From Candidatus Nanopelagicales bacterium (lineage in GTDB: Bacteria > Actinomycetota > Actinomycetes > S36-B12 > JBBQYX01): 64,000 nucleotides of DNA. Shown here piece after piece: positions 54,625 to 64,000 of the stretch. Position 1 is the stretch's first letter. Each line of letters starts with the position of its first letter. The stretch covers positions 15,437 through 79,436 of the forward strand of contig JBBQYX010000006.1 in assembly GCA_038208295.1 (NCBI GenBank), given 5' to 3'. The notes below the pieces were generated by a model. The model did no database searches and was not told the DNA's origin. It worked only from the letters and a program-made list of their open reading frames with translations. The position numbers and the translations under genes are program-made.

Positions 54625-55890
54625 TCACTGCGCGGGCAGCACGATCCGCAGTTCGGCCGTGTCGTCGCTGGGGGTCCCCAGGCGGGCCCCCAGCACCGCC
54701 TGCTCGTCCGGTTTGTGTGCCAGCACGTCGCGTACGTAACTGGCCGTCGCCGCCTGCAACCCGACGTCGGAACCCTGCCGCTCGGACAGGAACCAGCGGT
54801 GTTCCAACACCTCGTGGAATACCTCGGCGGGTTCGAGTTTGCCGCGGTATTCGCTCGGGATCGCGAGCACGACCGGCTCGAACACCTCGCTGACCCATCG
54901 ATGGGCGACGATGTCCTCGTCCCGGGCGGCAATGCCGAGCCCGGACCGATAAGCATCCAGATCGTTGAGCAGCCGCCGGGCCTGATTCTCCTGGACGTCG
55001 AGACCAGTCAGGCGAATCAGTCGGCGGGAATGGTGACCGGCGTCCACGACCTTCGGCGTCACCGTGATGGTGCTGCCCTCGCCGTCCGAGCGAGCCGACA
55101 ACTCGGCGATGTCGAAACCCAGGGAATTGAGTTTGCGAATTCGCGCGTCCAGCAGATATCGCTCGTTCGGCCTGATTTGCAACGGTTCGGTGAGTGCCTT
55201 CCACAGCGCGTCATAGCGGGTACGCACCGCCACCCCGGTGACGATCGGGTCCAGCGAGTCGTGCAACCGGCCGCCGGCATCCAGGTCCATGAGTTCCCCG
55301 GCGACGTTGGTACCGGCGAGTTCCAGATCGTAAGAGCGCTGCCCGTCGGACAGCCGCTCACGCAGTTCACCGGTCTCCGCGTCCACCAGATAGGCCGCGA
55401 AGGCGCCCGCATCACGGCGGAACAGGGTGTTGGACAGCGAGCAGTCACCCCAGGCGAAACCCACGACATGCAACCGGACCAGCAGGACCGCCAGCGCATC
55501 CAGCAACCGGCTCGACGTGTCCGGGCGCAGCACGGAGGAGAACAGCGCACGGTAAGGCAGGGAGAACTGCAGGTGCCGGGTGATCAACGCTGCGGGCAAG
55601 GCCTCGCCGGTGGAATCCGTACGACCGGAGACGATGCCGACCGGTTCCACACACGGGACGTCCCGACGGCCGAGTTCGAACAACAACGAGTATTCGCGCT
55701 CCGCCAGCGGCTGCTCGACCTCCTTCACGGCGTACACCCGCGGGCCCAGGCGTACGAACCGCACCACATGCCGGGAGATACCGCGCGGCAGCGCCACGAT
55801 CGCGTCCGCCGGCCACTCCTCCAATGGGGTGGACCAGGGCAGGAACAACATGTCGGGGTCCTCCGGGGACCCGGTCAGTCGCAGACTCAT
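54625..55890 (-). CDS. DUF4032 protein with Kdo/WaaP-like kinase-fold N-domain
   Basis: GDCSLSNTLFRRDAGAFAAYLVDAETGE (lipopolysaccharide-kinase-like catalytic loop) followed by the conserved DUF4032 C-terminal region EVLEHRWFLSE. Confidence 0.8.
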   Translation of the reverse strand: MSLRLTGSPEDPDMLFLPWSTPLEEWPADAIVALPRGISRHVVRFVRLGPRVYAVKEVEQPLAEREYSLLFELGRRDVPCVEPVGIVSGRTDSTGEALPAALITRHLQFSLPYRALFSSVLRPDTSSRLLDALAVLLVRLHVVGFAWGDCSLSNTLFRRDAGAFAAYLVDAETGELRERLSDGQRSYDLELAGTNVAGELMDLDAGGRLHDSLDPIVTGVAVRTRYDALWKALTEPLQIRPNERYLLDARIRKLNSLGFDIAELSARSDGEGSTITVTPKVVDAGHHSRRLIRLTGLDVQENQARRLLNDLDAYRSGLGIAARDEDIVAHRWVSEVFEPVVLAIPSEYRGKLEPAEVFHEVLEHRWFLSERQGSDVGLQAATASYVRDVLAHKPDEQAVLGARLGTPSDDTAELRIVLPAQ

Positions 55891-55950
55891 CGATGCACTC
55901 CGCTCACGAGCGAACCCCGCGGCCTCGGTAGCACTGCCTGTGCACGCGAT

Positions 55951-55976
55951 CGGGGCCCCCCCATGCGGGGGCCCCG
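55951..55976 (-). terminator. GC hairpin downstream of the sugar ABC ATPase gene
   Basis: cggggccccc / gggggccccg form a perfect 10-bp stem with a 6-nt loop, about 70 nt after the stop at 56044. Confidence 0.4.
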
Positions 55977-56043
55977 ACAGGTGTCACAGCTTTCAGGTGT
56001 CACAGCCTGGGTGGATCGGTCAGAACGCGACCGTGGGAATCGG

Positions 56044-57138
56044 TCAGTCGCCGAGTCGCGCGCCGTCGGTCGTGGAGAACACGTGTGCGTGATCGGGCTT
56101 GATGGCCAGGTGCACCCGCTCGTCCCGCTTGGGTGGCCGGCGCCCGTCGGTGCGCACGATGATGTCCTTGGTGGAGCCGTCCAGCAGGGTCAGATGCCCG
56201 TAGACGTAGGCATCGGCGCCCAGGCTCTCGACCACGTCGACGTCGATCGGCCAGCCGGTGCCGTCGCCGGAGACCAGCAGGTCCTCGGGCCGGAATCCCA
56301 GCGTGACCGTCTTCGCGCCGTGAGCGGTCGCGTCGGCGACGACGTCGCGTTCCAGCGGCACGACGATCTGCCCGATGCGGGCACCCTCAGAGTTGACGGG
56401 CACCTCCACCAGGTTCATCGCTGGCGACCCGATGAAGCCCGCGACGAACACGTTGTTGGGCCGGTCGTAGAGGTTTCCGGGGCTGTCGACCTGCTGTAGC
56501 AGTCCGTCCTTGAGGACCGCGACGCGGTCGCCCATCGTCATGGCCTCGATCTGGTCGTGGGTGACGTAGACGGTGGTGATCCCCAGGCGGTGCACCAGTG
56601 AGGAGATCTGCGTACGGGTCTGGACGCGCAACTTGGCGTCGAGGTTGGACAGCGGCTCGTCCATCAGGAAGACCTGCGGCTCCCGGACGATTGCCCGGCC
56701 CATGGCGACCCGTTGGCGCTGGCCGCCGGACAGTGCCTTCGGCTTGCGGTCGACGTAGGGCTCGAGGTCCAGCAGTTTGGCGGCCTCGGCCACCCGCCGC
56801 TTGATCTCGTCCTTGCTGACGCCCGCGATTTTCAGGGCGAAGCCCATGTTCTCCCCGACGGTCATGTGCGGGTAGAGGGCGTAGTTCTGGAAAACCATCG
56901 CGATGTCGCGGTCCTTGGGCGGCAGGTACGTGACGTCGCGCTCGCCGATCCGGATGGACCCGGAGTCGACGTCCTCGAGGCCGGCGAGCATCCGTAGGCT
57001 GGTGGACTTGCCACAGCCGGAGGGCCCGACGAGGACCAGGAACTCTCCGTCGGCGATGTCCAAGTCGAGCGCATCGACGGCCGGCGTGGTGGACCCGGGA
57101 TAGATGCGGGTCGCCTTGTCGAATACGACAGTGGTCAT
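56044..57138 (-). CDS. Sugar ABC transporter ATP-binding protein (MsiK/UgpC/MalK type), no adjacent permease
   Basis: [34 protein letters not shown], and a C-terminal regulatory TOBE-like domain. Confidence 0.9.
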   Translation of the reverse strand: MTTVVFDKATRIYPGSTTPAVDALDLDIADGEFLVLVGPSGCGKSTSLRMLAGLEDVDSGSIRIGERDVTYLPPKDRDIAMVFQNYALYPHMTVGENMGFALKIAGVSKDEIKRRVAEAAKLLDLEPYVDRKPKALSGGQRQRVAMGRAIVREPQVFLMDEPLSNLDAKLRVQTRTQISSLVHRLGITTVYVTHDQIEAMTMGDRVAVLKDGLLQQVDSPGNLYDRPNNVFVAGFIGSPAMNLVEVPVNSEGARIGQIVVPLERDVVADATAHGAKTVTLGFRPEDLLVSGDGTGWPIDVDVVESLGADAYVYGHLTLLDGSTKDIIVRTDGRRPPKRDERVHLAIKPDHAHVFSTTDGARLGD

Positions 57139-57384
57139 GTGGGGGTCATCCCTTCACCGGCAGGAACGTGCCGGACGATCCGTAGTGGAAGGAATCGGCA
57201 CGCTGGTGCCGACCGTGTGCAGTTGTGATCGGGACTTTACGCGCGCGTGCCCGTGCTGACCATGCTTTGTCGACAGTAGATTCCGACGAGGGTTCAGCCA
57301 GGCGACGCCGCTCGATCAGCACGACCGGCGCCGCGCCCGTGGCCACGGCTCCCCTAGACTCGGCGGTCGCCGTACGCCGTACCC

Positions 57385-57456
57385 GCCCCTGTAGCTCAGT
57401 GGTAGAGCATTCGCCTTGTAAGCGAAGGGTCTTCGGTTCAATCCCGAACAGGGGCT
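57385..57456 (+). tRNA. tRNA-Thr (anticodon UGU)
   Basis: Manual cloverleaf: acceptor gcccctg/caggggc, D stem gctc/gagc, anticodon stem ttcgc/gcgaa with loop cTTGTAa, T stem ttcgg/ccgaa with loop ttcaatc. CCA is not cleanly encoded. Confidence 0.9.
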
Positions 57457-57532
57457 CACCAAGCCGCACTCACCAAGCCGCATAGGTGTGCCTTCGCGAC
57501 ACAGCGACCGCCGTGGCCACCGGCCTTGCGGC

Positions 57533-58090
57533 TCAATCGCGGACAGGCAACACGATCTCGTTGCGCCGCAGGAACCACGGCGTCCAGGGTGGGTCGAACC
57601 GGGCCCACCGTGCCGGGCCGGAGGCCGTCAGGCCGGCGGCCACGACCGATGCTCGCAGCCGGAGTTCGGCGTCGGCATACCCTGACTCCGACCAGCGACC
57701 GGAATACCGCAGCGCCGCAGCGGTCTCCGCCAAAACCGCCCGCACCGTCACGGCCTCATCGGTGGGCGTCGGCAGCGTTTCCAGGGTCTCCCCAGCCGGC
57801 AGCACGAACGCGACCGTGAACCCAGTGTCCGCGGGCTGCTGGACAACCGGGGCAGTCATCGCCAGCTTGCGGCCAGTCGCCGGCGCACCGACCACGGGAG
57901 CCGTCATCGCCATGGACCGACCGGCGTCGTTCTTCCCGCCGATGTAACCCACCAGCGACCGGAATGCCCGGTTGCCAGCACTGTCCCGGGGGCCGGGGAC
58001 AGTCACCTCCGCAACGACGTGCGCGTCGTAACGCCGTAGCTCGAAGTCCCCGTACGACCGGATTACGGCGTACGGCTGCTGCTCGGTCAT
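57533..58090 (-). CDS. SOUL heme-binding family protein
   Basis: YAVIRSYGDFELRRY, AFRSLVGYIGGKN, MTAPV repeated, and the RFDPPWTPWFLRRNEI C-terminus are typical of the SOUL/HEBP family. Confidence 0.8.
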   Translation of the reverse strand: MTEQQPYAVIRSYGDFELRRYDAHVVAEVTVPGPRDSAGNRAFRSLVGYIGGKNDAGRSMAMTAPVVGAPATGRKLAMTAPVVQQPADTGFTVAFVLPAGETLETLPTPTDEAVTVRAVLAETAAALRYSGRWSESGYADAELRLRASVVAAGLTASGPARWARFDPPWTPWFLRRNEIVLPVRD

Positions 58091-58126
58091 CCCGGCAGGC
58101 TACGTCGCCATGGACGCCCTCGCCGG

Positions 58127-58615
58127 TCAGGCGGGGAGGAGGTCATCGATCTGAGCCACCGCGGTGGTGAACCCCTCGACCATGCCCATGTCCAGCAGCT
58201 TCTGCATCGCCTCGAGGGAGCCGGACTTCGACACCAGCGTCATGCGACTGCTCCCGTTGCCAGCGTCCACGATCTCAACGTGCGTGGTGGTGACCGGCAT
58301 GTTCGGGTCGGGTGTTCCGCCGTCGTCGGCGAACCCGTCCTGGAAGTCCAGTGACCGTGGCGCATCGACCGCGGTCACCTCCCACCAGCCGGGGTATTTC
58401 TCGCCTTCGGGGCCGGTCATGTAATAACTGACCCGGCCGCCCGGGCGCAGATCATGCTCGACCACAGTCGCCGGGTATGACGGCGGCCCCCACCAGCGTT
58501 CCAGCAGCCGCGGGTCCGCCCAGATCTGCCAGACCCGTTCGACCGCAGCAGTGAACTCCGCTGTCACGGTGAGTGTCAGCGCCTCAGCGTCCTGGACGAC
58601 ATCGGTCACGGTCAT
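58127..58615 (-). CDS. SRPBCC (AHSA1/START-like) domain protein
   Basis: ATG at 58615 (MTVTDVV). VERVWQIWADPRLLERWWGPP and the size are typical of the Aha1-like SRPBCC family. Confidence 0.8.
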   Translation of the reverse strand: MTVTDVVQDAEALTLTVTAEFTAAVERVWQIWADPRLLERWWGPPSYPATVVEHDLRPGGRVSYYMTGPEGEKYPGWWEVTAVDAPRSLDFQDGFADDGGTPDPNMPVTTTHVEIVDAGNGSSRMTLVSKSGSLEAMQKLLDMGMVEGFTTAVAQIDDLLPA

Positions 58616-58664
58616 GAGTTCTCCTCCTGGTAACACCGGCATAGGGCTCCGTACGCTGGCATAC

Positions 58665-58898
58665 ATGGAGCACCCGATGGCCAGAATCCCCGAGGATCTG
58701 GAGGCTCGAACCCGGCACGGCGCCGCGGCCGGGAACGCCGCCAACTCGGACATCAGCCGTGCAGCAATCGAAGCGCAACTGGGCTCTCACGGCTACCGAA
58801 CCCTGCTGGCAGCCGGCGCGGGCCGTAGCGGCCGCAGCGATATCTCGGAGCACATCGAGGAGATCCTCGCCGTTGAGGGCACGACAACTCCGCGCTGA
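58665..58898 (+). CDS. Hypothetical small protein (weak call)
   Basis: ATG at 58665 or 58677 in ORF 58551..58898. Moderate GC3, no recognisable motif. Confidence 0.25.
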   Translation: MEHPMARIPEDLEARTRHGAAAGNAANSDISRAAIEAQLGSHGYRTLLAAGAGRSGRSDISEHIEEILAVEGTTTPR

Positions 58899-58984
58899 CC
58901 GGCGATTCCAGCCGTCTTGAACAGTTCAGGCGATACCCATTGCGCCTCCTCGTTCAGGCGATGCCCATTGCGCCGTGACTTCAA

Positions 58985-59443
58985 TTAGGAGACAAAACGG
59001 CGCTTCGACAGCGACCGGTGCATCCGGTGGACCAGCCCGACCGGCTCCAGGAACATCATCGGGCAGGCCCCGTCGACGACGTCGACGCGGTTGTCGTGAC
59101 ACACCTGCACGGCCTCGTCGGTGACCGAGCCGGTGCCGGTGCCCCGGTGCAGCCACACCCGCGGGATGCCCCGCGCGACGGCAGCTCGTACGACGTCGGC
59201 AGCCGCGGCCGGCGGCACCATCACCACCACGCCCTCAACCGGATCGGGAACGTCGGCCAGGCTGGCGTAACACGGCTGACCGGAGATCTCCTTGGCGTTG
59301 GGGTTGACCGGGTAGACGGTGTGGCCGTGCATTTGCAGCGCGGCGAAGACAGTGGCCGACATGTCCTTGGGATCCCGCGAGACGCCGACGAATGCCAGGT
59401 GCGGCTGGACCAGGAAATCCTCGATCAGCGCGCGGCTGGGCAT
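58985..59443 (-). CDS. CoA-binding domain protein
   Basis: ATG at 59443. LAFVGVSRDP...YPVNPNA...GQPCYASLADVP...VVVMVPP is the CoA_binding_2 pattern. Confidence 0.8.
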   Translation of the reverse strand: MPSRALIEDFLVQPHLAFVGVSRDPKDMSATVFAALQMHGHTVYPVNPNAKEISGQPCYASLADVPDPVEGVVVMVPPAAAADVVRAAVARGIPRVWLHRGTGTGSVTDEAVQVCHDNRVDVVDGACPMMFLEPVGLVHRMHRSLSKRRFVS

Positions 59444-59711
59444 GGCGCTCCTCCTCATTCTGGGCAACATTCTCGGCAACATTTCGCGACGAACGCCACC
59501 GTGACGCATCGCTCGCCCCAGCGTGTGGCTGCCTATGCATGACCGGGCAGAGCCCAACGGCCCGCGGCCCGTGTCGGCTGCGACACGTCACCAGTCCTAG
59601 CGGTGAATGACATGGCTGGGATTCCACCCCGTACGATGCTGCGGCGACCAGGGCACCTGCCGGTCCGCGACCGCCGGTGACCCGACCGACCGTTACGAGG
59701 GAGACGCCTGC

Positions 59712-60002
59712 ATGGACGCCGCACTGTCGTTCGCGAACCAGGACCCGAGCAGCGAGTTGTCCGAGCGGGACCGGGGGATCCTGGAGTTCGAGCGGCAGTG
59801 GTGGAAGTACGCGGGGGCCAAGGAGCAGGCGGTCCGCTCGCTGTTCGACATGAGCGCGACCCGCTACTACCAGATCCTCAACGGCCTGATCGATACGCCG
59901 CAGGCGCTGGCGTTCGACCCGATGCTGGTCAAGCGGCTACGGCGGCTGCGTACCGCGCGGCAGCGGGCCCGGTCCGCCCGGCGGCTGGGCATCGAGCCGT
60001 AA
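59712..60002 (+). CDS. DUF3263 protein
   Basis: LSERDRGILEFERQWWKYAGAKEQAVRSLFDMSATRYYQILNGLID. Located beside gpgS as in mycobacteria (Rv1209/Rv1208 arrangement as I recall). Confidence 0.8.
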   Translation: MDAALSFANQDPSSELSERDRGILEFERQWWKYAGAKEQAVRSLFDMSATRYYQILNGLIDTPQALAFDPMLVKRLRRLRTARQRARSARRLGIEP

Positions 60003-60021
60003 CCCTCGCTGGTACGAATGC

Positions 60022-61026
60022 TCAGGTACGCGCATACCGGCAGGCGTACTCCGGCACCGTGATCAGCGGCGGCCGCTCCAACCCGGACACCTCGTGGGTC
60101 GTCACGGTGAATCCGTCGTCGCCACGATCGAACTGGGCCAACGTCGTCCCGATCCCCCGCTCGATGGCGACGCCCGGCTCACCAGCACCAGCCCGCAGCC
60201 GCCCGTCCGGATCCAGCCGGTCCAGCGCCGTCTGCCAGATCTCGGCGGCCATCCGACCCAGCTTGCGCTCGTCGTGGTGGCGGTGCAGGCGTACGCCCAG
60301 ATCGACTTGGGCGATGGCGTCCAGCCCGACCAGACCGAGGGTGTCCACCAGAATCGCGAACTCCACGCCGTAGCCACATGGGAACGGCAGTCGCTCCAAC
60401 AGGCTGCGGCGGGCGGCATATTCGCCGGCCAGCGGCTGGATCACTCCCGCCAGGTCCGGCCAGTGCATATTCAGCAGCGGGCGGGCCACCAGCTCGGTCA
60501 CCCGACCGCCACCGGCCGCCACGACCCGCTCCCCTTGGACCAGCGGCCGCTCGTACACCGCCTTGACCAGCTGTACGCCGGGATCGCACAGCAGCGGACC
60601 GAGCAGACCGCTGACATAGGCCGGGGTGAACGAGCGCAGGTCGGCGTCGATGAACACCACGACCTCGGCATCGGTTGCAGCCAGCGCCCGCCACATCGCC
60701 TCGCCCTTGCCAGCGACGGTGGGCAGCCGGGGAAGAACGTGGTCGCGGGCGACTACCCGGGCACCGGCGTCGGTCGCAACGCGGGCCGTGGCATCAGTGC
60801 TGCCGGAGTCGAGGACGACCAGATCGTCCACGATCTGTTGGTTGGAATGGCTCATGAGGGCACGCCGCAGCACCCGCACGATGTCCCCGACGGTCTGTTC
60901 CTCGTTCAACGCGGGCAGGATCACCGCAACGCTGGTCGCGCCCTTGGCCGTGAGAAGTACGTCCAGCGGCCAGTCCTGGGCCGTCGAGGTACGCCGGACG
61001 AACCAGTCGCCTACGTGCGGCAGCAT
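60022..61026 (-). CDS. gpgS: Glucosyl-3-phosphoglycerate synthase
   Basis: ATG at 61026. VAVILPALNEE, VLDSGSTD, FIDADL (DxD), PLAGEYAARR, GYGVEFAILVD. Confidence 0.88.
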   Translation of the reverse strand: MLPHVGDWFVRRTSTAQDWPLDVLLTAKGATSVAVILPALNEEQTVGDIVRVLRRALMSHSNQQIVDDLVVLDSGSTDATARVATDAGARVVARDHVLPRLPTVAGKGEAMWRALAATDAEVVVFIDADLRSFTPAYVSGLLGPLLCDPGVQLVKAVYERPLVQGERVVAAGGGRVTELVARPLLNMHWPDLAGVIQPLAGEYAARRSLLERLPFPCGYGVEFAILVDTLGLVGLDAIAQVDLGVRLHRHHDERKLGRMAAEIWQTALDRLDPDGRLRAGAGEPGVAIERGIGTTLAQFDRGDDGFTVTTHEVSGLERPPLITVPEYACRYART

Positions 61027-61133
61027 CGCCAATCCCCTAGCCCGACTCCTCGCCAAGTCCCCCGGGGCCCCGGCGCACCCGAGAGAGTGCCGGGACCCCG
61101 AATCATCCCGTACGGGCTGCAGTGCCGTTCGGC

Positions 61134-61478
61134 TCAGCTGGGGTCGTACAGGCTCAGGCGCTCGCGGGCGGCCGGCGTCATATCGGGGTCGCTGTCGAGG
61201 TCGTCGGCGTCGACGTAGTGCAGGGCCGCCTCCTCGGGTGACAGACCGACCACGTCGCGACTGTCATGGGCCACGGCCTCGGCGGTGACATCTGGATGCG
61301 CGCCCTCGTCGTCGGCGATCAGGCGACCCACCAGGGACTCGTCGGGATGGCCGAACGTCTCCGCTGGGCCATCCGTGCCCAACTCCTCGGACAGCTCTGC
61401 GAACAGCGCCTCGACCACGTCGCGCGCAGGGTCGTCCTGCCAGCCGCGACCGGACCCCGGTCCACCGTTGCGGGTCAT
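61134..61478 (-). CDS. Acidic small protein (DUF5709-like)
   Basis: ATG at 61478 in ORF 61134..61805. D/E-rich with GLSPEEAALH. The upstream part of the ORF looks non-coding. Confidence 0.55.
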   Translation of the reverse strand: MTRNGGPGSGRGWQDDPARDVVEALFAELSEELGTDGPAETFGHPDESLVGRLIADDEGAHPDVTAEAVAHDSRDVVGLSPEEAALHYVDADDLDSDPDMTPAARERLSLYDPS

Positions 61479-61812
61479 GGCCCGCCTCCTCCCACATCGT
61501 CCCGGCCGGGCATTTCTGGTCGGCGCGCCCACTGTTCCCGGTGGGCGGGACGCGGACCTCGTGCGGTCGGCGTCGGGCGAGACCCGACGGATACAGCATG
61601 GACCCGAGTAGCGGGCTGTGTCGCGGTCTGGTGGCCCTTGCGTGTCGGATCCACCCCAATTCCACAACTGAGCACTCGTGGTCGAGTTTGATCTTGGAAA
61701 AGCGACCACGCCGTCCCAGTCGGATGGATCAAGTCCCCACTCGCGGTGATCAAGGTCAAGTCGGGCCTCGCCTCGCTGGTTGCGTGCGTCGAGTCGCAGT
61801 TGCATACGCGGC

Positions 61813-61838
61813 TTGCACTCAAGGGCCCCGAGTGCTCA
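61813..61838 (+). promoter_or_regulatory. CIRCE-like HrcA operator 1 (TTGCACTC-N9-GAGTGCTCA)
   Basis: Inverted repeat with 9-nt spacer, close to the consensus TTAGCACTC-N9-GAGTGCTAA. About 170 nt upstream of groEL. Confidence 0.7.
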
Positions 61839-61847
61839 TCATTAGCG

Positions 61848-63632
<1,785 letters not shown>

Positions 63633-63763
63633 GGAGAGACTGAGGAGCGGTAGGGATCGGCATGTCTTTCGCCGGTCCCTGCCGATCCGAAGGATCGACG
63701 CTAGAAGTCCAATAAGCACTGGCTTCTAAGGAACAGGGACGCCAGTCGCAGCACCTCATCTCA

Positions 63764-63799
63764 AGCAGCGGCGCCGCCCGACAGGGCGGCGCCGCTGCT
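63764..63799 (+). terminator. Perfect 16-bp GC hairpin downstream of groEL
   Basis: agcagcggcgccgccc gaca gggcggcgccgctgct, 130 nt after the groEL stop. A weaker hairpin, ggatcggca...tgccgatcc, lies at ~63653-63690. Confidence 0.5.
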
Positions 63800-64000
63800 G
63801 CCTTCCTGCGACCGCACACCGGCGGCGCGCAGCGCGCCGCTAACGATTCGCCAGCCAACCGCACCACCAAACACCCCCGGGAATCCCACCACCCCCCCGA
63901 TCGTCACATCACCGGTAGGCGAATCAGGGAGGCGAGCCACCCGCCTTCGACGTACCCGCCTGTGTTCCACTGGATCCAGCTGCCCCCGATCGAGGAGTTC

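Noticed and set aside
57385-59600. tRNA-adjacent genomic island or prophage
   Set aside because: There is no integrase, transposase, phage gene or second att copy in the window. Only the 13-nt duplication is reported, as a low-interest finding.
63761-63970. 69-aa minus-strand ORF downstream of groEL
   Set aside because: It overlaps the perfect terminator hairpin and runs to the window edge, and shows no motif.

Overview
High-GC (~70%) chromosomal segment of an Actinomycetota genome. Markers are the mycothiol genes mshA/mshD, carD, glnR, gpgS, an rsiG-like gene and CIRCE-groEL; the order or genus cannot be fixed without a database search. I call about 65 protein genes and one tRNA-Thr(UGU). 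There is no rRNA, CRISPR array, transposase or integrase. All family names come from motifs I recognise in the supplied translations, because no searches were run. The dominant theme is phosphate. A canonical pstSCAB operon (8.7-12.9 kb) with a PHO-box-like direct repeat sits next to mutT1, a CYTH/CHAD protein and ppk1. Divergent phoU / senX3-regX3 lie at 44-47 kb. The most unusual region is 18.9-28.5 kb. It holds a second pstC-pstA-pstB set flanked by three divergent PstS-family exported proteins, each carrying an atypical appended module: a Gly-rich tail with a TM anchor; a neocarzinostatin-like N-domain with a Pro/Ala linker and a sorting-signal-like tail; and a Lys-rich insertion. It also holds a translationally coupled sortase-fold protein that contains no cysteine at all (TLVTS in place of TLxTC). 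GTTCA-type 11-nt direct repeats lie upstream of two of its transcription units. Other notable items: an RsiG-like protein with two exact c-di-GMP-binding motifs, an in-frame HAD-LarE fusion, and a 20-nt tandem repeat carrying SD+ATG modules between ispF and cysS. There are also a DUF4388 protein with a long acidic tandem-repeat region, an XRE / HbhA-like / DUF2516 triad, a hydrolase-MoaD-DsrE module and tandem CIRCE operators before groEL. Many long ORFs in the track are antisense or out-of-frame GC artefacts and were discarded.
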